From: Camelus dromedarius
Lineage: Eukaryota
Assembly (NCBI RefSeq): GCF_036321535.1
Contig: NC_087472.1
Span: 99,512,001 to 99,576,000, forward strand
Length of the DNA: 64,000 nucleotides
Direction: 5' to 3'
The position numbers were made by a program, and so were the translations under genes. Position 1 is the first letter of the stretch. Each line of letters starts with the position of its first letter. The notes below the pieces were generated by a model. That model ran no database searches and was not told the origin of the DNA. It saw only the letters and a program-made list of their open reading frames with translations. Of this stretch, positions 1-12,225 are shown piece by piece.

Positions 1-404
1 CCCGAGAAACGGCATTTGTGACATTAGGAAAATTTTTTGAGATTTCTAAACAGCTGTCTTACAAATGAGCATTTAAAACAAAAACTACGGTATTTGGAAA
101 AGAGGGGCCGCCTATATGTTAACACCTCTCCACACAGCAGCTCCTAGGTGTGTGCTTGAGTAACTGTGCTCTGTTTAATTGCAGCGTATTAAATCATTAC
201 CTCTTTATATTTACATCTTTTCAGAAGAATCCTGACTTTCCCTCAAAGTGCCAGAAAACAGGATCTGACTTAGCCTGAAAAAGCTGCCAACTATCCTGCT
301 ACAGTATAAGGAAAGGATATGTAAAGAACAGTTATACAGTTACTGGTGCCCCTCCCCCAGACTTGGATTTTTAAACCATTAGGTTAAATAGCCATAATTA
401 ATCT

Positions 405-1180
405 TTTAAAAATTGAGATATGACTTACATACTACAAAATTCACCCTTGTAAAGTATACAGTTCAGTGGTTTTTAGTATATTCACAGAGTTGTGCAACAG
501 TCACTACTGTCTAAATGCAGAACATTTTCATTACCCTCCAAATCCCATACTCATTAGCAGTTACTCCCTATTCTCGTCTTCCCCCAGCCCTTGGCAACTA
601 ATACTCTACTTTCTTTATAGATTAGCTTATTCTGGACATTTCATATTAATGGAATCATGTAATATGTGGCCTTTGTGTTTGACATCATTCACTTAACATA
701 ATGTTTTCAAGGTTCATCAGTGTTATAGTGTGTATCGGTGCTTCATTTTTATGGCTGAGTAATATTCTGTTGTGTGGTCTTAACAGTTTTGTTTATCTGT
801 TCGTAAGTTGGTGGACATTTGGATTGTTTCCACTTTTTAGCTATTATCAGTAATGCTGCTATGAACATTTGTATACAAGTTTTTATGTGAACATGTTCAG
901 TTCTCTTGGGTATATGCCTAGAAGTAGAATTGCTGTGTCATATGGTAAGTCTATATTTAACATTGTGAAAAACTGCCAAATTGTTTTCCAACTAGTTTGT
1001 ACCATTTTACATTCCCACCAGCAGTGTATGAGGGTTCCAGTTTCTCCACATCCTCACCAACACTTGTCTTTTTCATTGTAGCCATCCTAGTGTATGTGAA
1101 GTGGTATCTCATTGCAGTTTTCATTTACATTTCCCTAATGACTAAGAATATGAGGATCTTTTCATGTGCTTATTGTCTGC
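405..1180 (-). mobile_element. L1MB-type LINE 3' end, antisense
   Basis: Typical reverse L1MB 3' UTR (aaattcacccttgtaaagtatacagttcagtggtttttagtatattcacagagttgtgcaac) running into the ORF2 tail (cattcccaccagcagtgtatgagggttccagtttctccacatcctcaccaacac). Confidence 0.9.
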
Positions 1181-4167
1181 TTGTCTCTATAATTCTTGTG
1201 CTTATTTTGTTACTGATTTGGGAACTGAAGTGGGGTTTCACTATAATGCTGCTATAGATCCTTATCTATGTCATATATATATACATAATTCTCAGAAAAC
1301 TCAGTTTCAGTTCGTGCTTTTAAAAGATCTTCTTTGTTTTTAGATGTTATAAATAAAAATATTTTTCTAGAACAGTGATTTTCCAACCGGTTTAATAGAG
1401 CCCTGCATTCTATGGAAGTATCTTAGGGTCCCTCACCACCTGAGCCACCCCTTCTTCCAGCCAGAGCAGAGTTTCTAGAGGAACATGAGGAATTAAAAGA
1501 TGAATTATAGAAAGTTATAGGAAGAAAGCAACACTTTTGAGGCAGCAGTAATTCTCCTTACAGCCTCCTCAGTCTTGTTACATTACTATTCTGTAGTTTC
1601 TTATTTAGAGCAAGAGTACAGGAATTAATTGAAGGTCAATCAAAACAAAATATCTAGAATCTCTGAAATTAAATATAAGTCAACAGATAAAGGCATTTTC
1701 AAGGACCCATCTCTTAAATAAAGTGAGATATACAGATGTTTCATTTAAAGAAGTAAAAATGCAAAACAAAACCCCTATTTGCCTCCCTTCCTTCAAATTC
1801 TTGCTGGCTTGGTATAATTCAAGAAGAATAACTATCAAAATGCATGTTGATAGCAGTAAAGGGGGATATTTAAAGAGAGAAATGTCACAGGCAAGTTAAA
1901 AAATAAGATTTGCCTTAGATTATTAAAAAGAGGAGCTCAAAATGAGTTTTAAAGTAATGTTTTTCCCCTGGCTGTTCTGATTGTATATAGTATAGTACTA
2001 GGTGATAATGGATGAAATAGAGTTCTTTCCTTTGGAATATTATAGTCTTAAAGTAATGAGGTGGACAGGCAGTTGAATAACATGAAGCTAGCTGAATTAA
2101 CCAGGGATGATATAAACAGATGTAATTGGATCTTTAGGGGAAAATTATGATCTGTGATGTTATAGCAGTTTTCCATAGTGCATTTTTAACCATAATGTGG
2201 AAAACTAGAAAATAAATGTCATTACCCCATACACGCAGTGAAGTTTCTTTTAATACAACACATACACACAAAAAGAAAATGTTATTTTCAACACAGATAT
2301 TAATCACTTGGAGGAGACTTCTGCTTCTGCCAAGATGGAGGAGCCCTTTTCCTCCTAGGTCTTCCTTTACAACGAAAACACCTAAGACATAACAAAAAAC
2401 AAGCACAGGAGCACTCTGAAAGGTGGAAATAAGGCAGACTGTCTGCAGACTTTGGGATTAAAGGAATGACACAAATAATGAGCTTCCTGGATGTGCTTAT
2501 TGCTTCCCATATATCTTGGACAGGGTGCTGTAAAAGCCTCCAACCTGGAACCACCAAAGGCACAGACAAAATGAGCTCCAAGAAAAAGCCTGTTCTCTTT
2601 AGCCAGATGACTGGGGAAAGGGTACACTAACAACAGTAAACCTTTTTGGTAATACCCACCCTACTGTATCCAAAAACCAACAGAAAAACCCCACCCTACT
2701 CCAAAGAAGCAAGTGGCAACGCTTGGATTCCTCTACCCAGAGGTGTTCGCTAGGCAGATCAGAGACCTAATCTCCCATTCCCTGCCTAGCAAAAGCAGAT
2801 AGCACTTTGATTCCCCCTGCTGGGTGGTTTTGGCAAGTTTTGCAGGGATCTGATCTTCCCTCATCACCACCCCCATCCCACTCCTTCCAGGAGATGTTGC
2901 TGTCACTAGGGTTGTGTCAACAGGGTCCATCAACCAGTTGAGTCTCCCCCCCCAGTTTGGAAGCAGTGAGACTTTAACAGGGTGGTATGAGGCAGGGCTA
3001 GTCCCCACTAAGCCTCCCCCCACTCTGTGTCAGTGAGGTACTGAGCCTCCACCCTCAACAGCATCAGCAATGCAGAACAAGATGGTTGGAAGTGGGCTAG
3101 TTACCGCTACTTCACCCCTCCCCTGATGTCAGGGGGCCCAGTGGGGAGCTGAGCCTCCACCCCCATCTGGCATCTATAAGGCAGAACAAAGTGGTGGATG
3201 GCAGGGCTGGCTGGCACTCCGCTTCCCCCTCTCCCCTCCCCTGTTGTCATCTAGGCCTTTCAGGGAGCTGAACTTTCCACTCTGCCTTGCAGCAACAGAG
3301 CAGTGTGAGTCAGCCCTCAACTTCCCCTCTCCCTGTTGTCAGTGGGGTCTGTCAGGAATCTGAGCTTTCACCCCTACTCAGAGGCAATGAGGTGGTGCGG
3401 GTTGGTGCCCCACTTTCACTGGGAATAAGAATGAAGCTGAACTTTCATCCCACCCATCTGCAAAAAAGCAATGTGAGTCATTGCTCCACTTTTGCCAGGG
3501 TGGTGTTGGCGGAGCCCAGCAGGAAGCTGAACATACACACTCACCCTGCCCTCACACTACACCTCAGCTGGTAGACTGCCTACTAGAAAAGATTAAATAG
3601 GATCCAGAGACTTAAAATTTCCAAAATGTCTATTATACAATTGAAGTTCACTTATACTGAGAACCAGGAAAATCACCTCATGAATGATTAAAAAAAAAAA
3701 AAAGAAGTAAACAGCAACACTGAGATGCTTCAGATATTGGAATTATCTGACAAGGATTTTAAAATAGCCATCATAAAAATACTTCAGTGAGCAACTACAA
3801 ACACATTTGAGACAAATGAAAAATTAGTCTCAGAAAAGAAAGCAGAAAATGGAAGTTTTAGAACTGAAAAATACAATAAATTGAAGATAGAGCAATAGAA
3901 ATTACCCGATCCAAACAACAGAGTAACAGTAAACAAACAAAAAAGAGTGCCTTAGGGACCTGGGGAACATTAACAGAAGATTTGATATTCATGTCATCAC
4001 AGTCTCAGAGGCAAAGAAAAAAGGTGGCCCTGAAGAAATAATGCCTAAAATTTCCCCAATTTGGCAAAAGATATAAACCTATAGATTCAAGAAGATTGAC
4101 AATCCCAAACAAAGTAAATGTAAAGTAACCCACACCTAGATGCTTCAAAATCAAACATTTAGAAATG

Positions 4168-4335
4168 ACAAATTGTTTAATGGGTATCGCGTTTCAATTT
4201 TGCAAGATGAAGAGGTTCTGAAGATTGGTTGTACAACAATGTAAATATACTTAGCATACTGAACTGTACGCTAAAAAATAGTTACTTGGTAAATTTCATG
4301 TTTTGTGTATTTTACCACAGTTAATTTTTTTTAAG
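4168..4335 (+). mobile_element. L1MB-type 3' fragment nested in the old L1
   Basis: ttgtttaatgggtat...caagatgaagaggttctg...gtacaacaatgtaaatatacttagcatactgaactgtac interrupts the ORF1 remnant. Confidence 0.8.
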
Positions 4336-4502
4336 TCAAACTAAAAGACAAGGAAACTTAAAAGCAGTTAGAAATGAACCATTACCTGTAGGGAAACAAT
4401 GATTCAAATGACAGCAGATCCCACATTAGAAACCATGGAAACTAGAAGGAAATGGCACACCATTTAAGTGCAGAAAGAAAAGAACTGTCAGCCCAGGATT
4501 CT

Positions 4503-4572
4503 TTCATTTTTTATTGAGTTATAGTCAGTTTACAATGTTGTGTCAGTTTCTGGTGTACAGCACAATTTTTCA
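4503..4572 (-). mobile_element. 70 bp lineage-specific L1 3' tip with 16 bp TSD
   Basis: Perfect direct repeat gtcagcccaggattct at 4487-4502 and 4573-4588. The insert is reverse-complement-similar to 24355-24422. Confidence 0.9.
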
Positions 4573-7129
4573 GTCAGCCCAGGATTCTGTATCCAGTGAA
4601 AATATCCTTCCAGCATGAAGGTGCAATCAAAGCAGTCTCAGATAAGAGGAAACTAAGAGAATTTGTAACAGACTGTGAAAGAATGACTATGGGTAGTCCT
4701 TCAAGCAGAAAGGAAATAATAAAAGAAAGATCTAGAACATCAAGAATAACATGAATTCTACACATTCTCTTCCAGGAGATAGAAAACACTTCACAACTCA
4801 TTTTTTGAGGCCAGTATTACCCTGATACCAAAACCTAAAGACAGTAAAGAAAACAAAATTACAGACCAATATCCCTTAAAAGCATAGACATGAATCCTCA
4901 ACAAAATATTAGCAAAACAAATCCAGCAACATATAAAAAGAGCTATACACCATGACCCAGTGTGTTGTATTCCAAGGATGTAAGATTGGTTCAGTATTCA
5001 AAAATCAATGTAGTCCACCATAGTAAAAAGTTTAAGAAAAATCATATGAATAATGCACAAAACACATTAAACTAAACATTCATAATAAAATCTTAGCAAA
5101 ATAAGAATAAAGGGGAACTTTCTCAACTTGATAAAGAACATTTACCAAAAACCCACAGCTAGCATCATACTTAATGGTGAAAGACTGAATGTTTTCCCTT
5201 TAATATTGGAAATAAGGCAAGGATGTCCACTTCCACCACTGGTATTCAACATAGTCCTGGAAGTTCTTACCACTACAATAGGCAAGAAAAGGAAATAATT
5301 AAAGACATAAAGATTGAAAAGGAAGAAGTAAAAATGATTTGCAAGTGACATGAGGTCTCCAATGAAAATCCCAAGGAATTTACATAAAACTAGAATTAAT
5401 AAGTGAGTTCAGCAAAGTTGTAAGATACAATATTTCTGTATTCTAGCAATGAATGGGTGGAAACCAAAATGAACAACACAGTACTGTTTGTAATTACTAA
5501 AAAAAAAATGCTTAGTTATAAATCTAATAAAACATGTATAGGACTTGTATACTGAAAACTTTCAAAATGTTGATAAATGAAATCGAAGGTCTGAATAAAT
5601 GGAGAGGTCTACATGTTCATAGATTAGAAGATTCAGCATAGTAAACATGTCACTTCCCAAATTCTTGTAAAATTAACACAAGCTTATTCTAAAAGTTATA
5701 TGCAAAAGTAAAGGAACTAAAATATCTAAAATAAGATAAAAATGAAGTAGGAAGAGTCACTTAATTTTAAGACTTACTATATAGTTTCTGCAATCAAAAT
5801 TCTGTGGTATTGGTGAAGGGATAAATACATAGATCAATGGAACAGAATAGAGAACCCAGAAATAGACCCATAAAAGTACAGCCAACTGGTTTTTGTCAAA
5901 GGTGCAAAAGCAGTTCAATGGAGGAAGAGCAGATAGCCTTCTCAACAGTGGTGCTTGGAGCAGTTACACATCCATAGGTGAAGCAGTGAACCTCAACCTA
6001 AACCTCACACCTTATCTAAAAATTAATCCAAAGTGGATCATGGATTTAAATATGAAATGTAAAACTCTAAAACATTTAGAATTTAGATATAAAAGAAAAT
6101 CTTCAGAACCGTGGGCTAAGTGAAGGGTTTATAGACCAGACGCCAAAAGCACATTCCATAAAAGAAAAAATTAATAAATTGGATTTCATCAAAATTCAGA
6201 ATGTCTACTATAAAAAAGACCTTGTTAAGGGAATGAAAAGACAAGCTACAGATTGAGTGAATGTATTTGCAAACCTATATCTGAGACAGGACTTGTTTCT
6301 AGAATATACATAAAGAGCCCTCAAAACTTAACAGTAACAAAGGTAAATAACCCAATTAGAAATTGGACAAAAGAGATGAACCGACATTTCATCAAAGCAA
6401 GTAAGCATATGAAAAAAATGTCAACATGGTTAGCTATCAGAGAAATGAAAATTAAAACCACAGTGAGATATCACTGCCTTTTAGAGTGAAAAATAGTGAT
6501 AATACTGAGTGTCGGTGAGGCTTTGGACAAACTGGATTTTTCATGCATTGCTGGTAGGAATGTAAAATGATGCAGCCTTTCTGAAAAATAGTCTGGCCAT
6601 TTCTTTAAAAACTACACATTTATTATACAACCCAGCAGTCGCACTCCTGGGCATTTATCCAAGAGAAATGAAAATGTATGTCCATACAGAAGTCTGTATA
6701 CAAATGCTCATAACAGCCTTATTTATAATATGCAAAAGGTAGACACCAAATGTCCTTCAGTGGGTGAATGGTTAAATGAGCTGTGGTACATTCACACTAT
6801 GGAATACTGGAATACTGCTGAACTAAAAGGAATGAATTATTGATACACACAGTGACTTGGATGAATCTCAAGAGAATTCATGCTGAGTGAAAAAAAAAGT
6901 TACATACTATATAATTCCATTTATATAACATTCTTGAAATGGCAAAACTGTAGAAATGGAGACTAGTGGTTGCCAGGGTTAGGAAGAAGGGCGAGAGAGA
7001 GGTGGATATGATTATAAGGGGGCAACACGCAGGATCCTGGTGGCGATGAACTGTTCTGTATCTTTACTGTGGTGGTAGGTATAGGAAGCTATATGTGATA
7101 GAATGTGTAACATGTGCTCGTGCATGTGC

Positions 7130-7180
7130 TTATGTGCGTGCACGCGCACGCGCGCACACACACACACACATACACACACG
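7130..7180. repeat. Alternating purine-pyrimidine microsatellite (CG/CA)n
   Basis: tgtgcgtgcacgcgcacgcgcgcacacacacacacacatacacacacg. Confidence 0.9.
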
Positions 7181-7783
7181 AGAACCTGTAAAACCAGTAG
7201 TAATCTGAATAAGATCTGGGCGTTATACCAGTGTAAACTTCCTGGTCTTGACAGGAGGTTGTGTAAGATGTAACCACTGGGTTAAGGGTATATTGGAACT
7301 CTATTATTTTTACAACTTCCTATGAATCTATAATCATTTCTAATTAAAAAGCTTAAAAAGTGAGAAAGTATTAGATAAAATTTAGTGTCTATTCTTAATT
7401 AAAAATAGTAAAATAGGAATGAAAGTGTGTGTCCTTAATATTAAAAAATATTCTCAGGCCAGTAGCCATCATCATGCTTGGTGGAGACATAATATGAGTG
7501 ATCTCATTAAAACTATACCTGCTGTTTTCACCTCTATTCTAGAAGAGTTTGCTAATACAGTTAGATAGGAAAACCAAAGAATATTCGGAAGAAGGATAAA
7601 AGATAACTATTCATAGATCATATAATCATCTACTTAGATAATCTAAGGAAACCACTAAAAAGATCTGTTAAAACTAATGATAATAAGGTAGTATTATACA
7701 GAATATATTTAGAAATCAAGAAGTAGCTTTCTAGTTAGAAATGATAATGTGAAAAAAAGATCTCATTCAACATAGTAAAAATA

Positions 7784-8270
7784 CTCAGCTATAAAGAAGA
7801 ATGAAATGCCATTTGCTGCAACATGGATGGACCTAGAGATGACCATACTAAGTGAAGTAAGTCAAAGACAAAAACCGTATGAAATCACTTACGTGGAATC
7901 TAAAATATGACACAAATGAACTTATTTATGAAACAGCAACAGACAGACATAGAAAACACAGCATCAGACAGACATAGAAAACAAATTTATGGTTATGAAA
8001 GGGGAAGGCAGGTGGAGGAGGGATAAATTAGGAGTTTGGGATTAGCAGATACAAAATACTATATACATAATATATAAACAACAAGATCCTACTGTAGAGC
8101 ACAGGGAACTATATTCAGTACCATGTAATAAACCATAATGGAAAAGAATATGTGTACTTAGATATTCAGTTATATATATGTGTATATATATTCAGTTATA
8201 TATAAAAATCACTTTGCTGTACACTAAAAACTAACAACATTGTAAATCAACTATACTTCAATTAAAAAAA
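7784..8270 (+). mobile_element. Cetartiodactyl-type L1 3' end
   Basis: gcaacatggatggacctagag...gagtttgggattagcagatac...agcacagggaactatattcagta...tgtaaatcaactatacttcaattaaaaaaa. Confidence 0.9.
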
Positions 8271-9304
8271 CCAAAATAGCAGTAAAAATATTAAATGTTG
8301 AGTCAAGAGAAAAATCTATGGTTCTTTAAGGTACTTTCAACAGGGTTTGAGGTTCGTTATTTTCTTGTTTATTTTTTAAATATTGAGGGTAACTTTTCCT
8401 TCTGTCTTGAGTGAACATTCCCAGGCTTTTGGGTTTTTTTCTGATTTCTTTAGATTTCTTTTAATCATTTTGTAGCTTATCTGGACAGTTACTACTAACA
8501 ATTTTTAGCAGAATTCTCTTACTAATAGTGTTTATGTTTAATACATATGTTTACTAGAATCATTATGGAGCTATAATTAGAAACTATATTTCTCATTTTT
8601 TCAGAAATAAACCTTGCTGCTAAGTTGGGTTTATACCTATGGTAATTTTAAATATATGTGTGTGTGTGCACGCACATGTGTGTATTTTAATGAGCAAGTA
8701 GTTTGGATTGTTTTTTTCCTGAGTAAATTTGACTCCAGACTTGTCTAAAACACTGTGTTAAGATACAGTTGATACTACACAAACAGGGATTTTGCTTGGA
8801 TGTTAAGCTCTTTTTTGTGTGTGTATTTGAGCAAGTTCTAGTCTGTCTTGTTTCACTTACCTGCAAGCTGTCTTTTTTTGTTGTTCATAACAATGTAAGA
8901 CTGTGTATAAGTTTAATTATTTTAAGTGATTGTTAGTTATCAGTAACATATGGTGGGTTCAGGTCAGCAAACATTTACGCACCACTTGTTTTACCGATGA
9001 GGAAACAGAGGTTCAGGTAAATTTGCCACAGCCGCGTAAAATAAAAGCTTAGACTTTGAAGCCCAGCATAATAGTGTATCTGTTTTAGTTAGGAGGGCCT
9101 CATTAGGCCTCTGGAAACCAGACAAAATCATTAGATTTTTTTCTTAAGACTTAAATTAGCCAAACCAAGTAATGCACTAAAGAATTATTGAGTACTCAGA
9201 TTTTTAGCCCTAGAAATGGAAGTGGACCCATTAGGATAAGAGACTTACCAGAATCCTCTCAAATGTTTGTATTTGTCAATTCCTCTGGCAAGATGAGCAG
9301 GCAG

Positions 9305-9520
9305 AGAGAAGCTAACACTTACTGAGCACCCAGCATGGCTAGGCATACTGAATTTTACTCCAACCTCCGGCATAACTAGTATCCAAATCCTGTGGATTCG
9401 AAAACTGACACTCCTGTTAAGTAACTTGCCCAAAGTCACACCTCAATAAAGGGCAAAGCCAGATTCTGAAACTTGATACGTCAGGCTCCAAAGCCCATGA
9501 TCTTTTCTCTACACTGTAAT
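9305..9520 (-). mobile_element. MIR SINE
   Basis: gttaagtaacttgcccaaagtcacac...ggctccaaagcccatgatctttt. Confidence 0.75.
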
Positions 9521-9524
9521 TTCC

Positions 9525-9698
9525 CAGACTTACCTAATCACAGGAGTCATCTAAGGTGCCTGTTTAAAAAATGAAATCCTGAGCCATGGGGCTTCTGGAA
9601 CTTCTGATTCAGTTTTGGTTTGGAGGAAGGCCAGGTAGTGTATCATTAACAGGAATCTTCAGTGATTCTGATCATCAGACTGGTTTCAGAAATACTGC
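9525..9698. mobile_element. MER5-type hAT-Charlie MITE
   Basis: ttcccagactt...atcacaggagtcatc...ttctgattcag...cagtgattctgatcatcag...tttcagaaatactg, with an imperfect palindromic structure. Confidence 0.7.
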
Positions 9699-10594
9699 CA
9701 ACTCCATCGGGTACTAAGAGGAGGGGTATGTTATGTAGGCAATGTCTATAGCATTGGGAGTAGACGAATTTCAAAAATAAGTTGACACCTTACTAGTAAA
9801 GTAAGAATAGTAAAATTGGATTGTGGAAATTGTAAAATTGCTTTAGCATCCTTAATCTGCACAGAAAAAAACAATGCTTTATTTATTTTGTTTTTATTAG
9901 TACTTCTCTTTCGGGTGACAGCGTTTGTACAATCTGTTCTTTGGCATTATCCTTGTTTACACTTGGATACAAAGGCACCACTGAAGGATATAGATAAAAC
10001 TGTGTTTTGGATGGAGAAAAGAAAGAAGGAATTAGAAATAATGTAAAAACAGCTTTAAATACAGAATTAGTGATTTCCTCAGGTGTAAAAACTCCACAAA
10101 ATTTTGAATAACTTTAATCCTTAAAGTCATAAGATTATAACATTTCAAGCTGAAAGAGCTCTTAGATATCCACATATTTTATGTATGAAGAAACCACAAC
10201 TCAGAGAGGCTTAAGGGCTTGCCCACAGTTAGTGGCAGACTTTCAAATCCATGCTGGCCAAGATTCCATCGAACTCTTATGGATTGCAGATATGTACCAG
10301 AAGATAGTGACTTTTTAGAAATAAATTTAATGGCAAATCATGTTTACCTTATATTTCCTACTTTATCCCATTTTATGGCTTCTTCCTTTTTTAATTGCCC
10401 TAATGAGAGTATGAATGTATTCAAAGTAATCTCTTTTAAGAGATTATGCAATTTGAAATGCTATATTGGATCAGTGATATGCTAGAGCAATAAACCATTA
10501 CCTTCTTTTATTTTTAATATTATTTTTTAAATAGAGAAAAATGAGCACAGCTAGATGCCTACACATGCATTCTAACAATAATATGACAGCATTT

Positions 10595-10840
10595 CTGTGT
10601 AGTATTATGAGCTTTGTGTTCAGACATGGGTTCAGTTGTCTTATCTGCAAACGTAATAGCTCTGTGATCTTGGATAAGTTATTAATTCTCAGCCTAACTT
10701 TTTTTCTTCTCTGTTATGCACAATAATATCCTTCATGGTATATTAATGATTAATTAGGATTAAATAAGAGAGTATGTGTAACATAGCTAACACTGTACTT
10801 TGAACAAAATAAGCATTGCATAAATGATAGCTGTTATTGT
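10595..10840 (+). mobile_element. MIR SINE
   Basis: tcagacatgggttcag...ctgtgatcttggataagttattaattctc...taaatgatagctgttatt. Confidence 0.75.
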
Positions 10841-11899
10841 TTCCTTGAGCCAGTAGCTATTTAGAAGAATATTAATTTCTGACTGAGTGCTTTAGTTTAT
10901 TTCCTTTTTCAATTTTTTACCATAATCAGAAACTGATCTGCATAGAATTCATGCATTTAAGAATTTTGGAATTACTTCGTGGCCTAGAACACAGTTAGTC
11001 TTTATAATGTTTCATAAGTTCTTGAAAAGAACCCATATTCTTTTTACATTATAAAATTTACTATCTACCTATTCTAATGCAAGTTACATCATATGCTTTG
11101 TCCTTATTTTATTCATTATGCTAGTTGATATTAGTGTGTTAAATTTCACCTTCCATTTTGTTTCCATTTATTTCATGTTATAGTCTCGAAAGCATCTCCT
11201 TTGTTTTGTGGTTAGGTTAGTCTGTGATTATGTGCTCAGTACTGTTTTGCATTTATTATTTTTAATGACTTGTTTGAAAAAGTAAGAGGCTAAATCTAAA
11301 GAAATATGAAAAATAGAGAAACATATGCAGAAGGAAATAACATCTTTTACTATGAAATACCACTACGGAAAGATTTGAATGTGATTAAGAGTAGGGGTTT
11401 TAGAATCAGATTTAGGTTTGAATTTAAGCTCTGCGTATTAGCCTTAGGCAGGATATTAGATTTTCTCACTTATTCAACAAATATTTACTGGGCACCTACT
11501 GTATGCCAGGCATTTTGCTAGGGGCTGAAGGTACAGTGCTTAAAAGATTGACACACCCATCTTGGTTTAATTTCCTCATTTGTAAATTAGTGATAATGCC
11601 TCACAAAGTTAGAAGCATCAAAGGTATACTTGCCTAGTGTATGACAATTGCTCAGTAAATGATAGTAATTATTATTACTGTATGTATTAGGTACTAATTA
11701 TATATTTAGTCCAAATCAAATCACCTTTTCAATCAGCTTAAGGGTTTTGCCTCACATTTTATTTTTGGCCTTAAATATCACAAACACTTTCTTTTTCTTT
11801 ATGCTTTTCTATACTTAGCTATCTTTGGGTTTCTCTTTAAGCAGTAAATAATTGTGTGAGTTTTTTAAGCTTTTTAAAAATATAACCTAAGACTCTTAA

Positions 11900-12225
11900 T
11901 TTTTTTATTTTCAAGATTTCAAACACATGCCAGGGTAGAGAGTAGTATAATGAACCACCATATTCCCATAGCCCAGCCTCAAAGATAATCAACTCACGGC
12001 CAGTCTTGTTTCATCTGTACGCCCCACCACCTGCACACTACTTTCTCTCTTCTACTCCCTGGCTCAGGTGGATTATTTTGAAGCTAGTCCATTCAGACAT
12101 AAATATTTGCATTTATATTTCTTTGAAGGTAAAGATTTTTTAAAACGTGTAACTTCCATGCCATCATCACTCATAAAAACATCAGTAATTCTGCAATAAC
12201 ATCGAATATCCAGTAAGACACTTTC
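11900..12225 (-). mobile_element. L1MC4/5-type 3' fragment
   Basis: gtagagagtagtataatgaacc...cacggccagtcttgtttcatctgtac...gattattttgaagc. Confidence 0.7.

Larger units (their letters stand above)
2315..7340 (+). mobile_element. Old L1 (L1MD/L1MC-like) retaining 5' UTR, decayed ORF1, partial ORF2 and 3' UTR
   Basis: 5' start gacttctgcttctgccaagatggag, GC-rich 5' UTR to ~3600, A-rich ORF1 remnants, ORF2 motifs (attaccctgataccaaaacc, ggaaataaggcaaggatgtccact, atagatcaatggaacagaatagag) and 3' UTR ending ~7335. Many stops and frameshifts. Confidence 0.9.

Noticed and set aside
466..6489. Multiple 60-96 aa ORFs with L1-like peptides
   Set aside because: Fragments or antisense readings of decayed L1 sequence; no intact ORF1 or ORF2.
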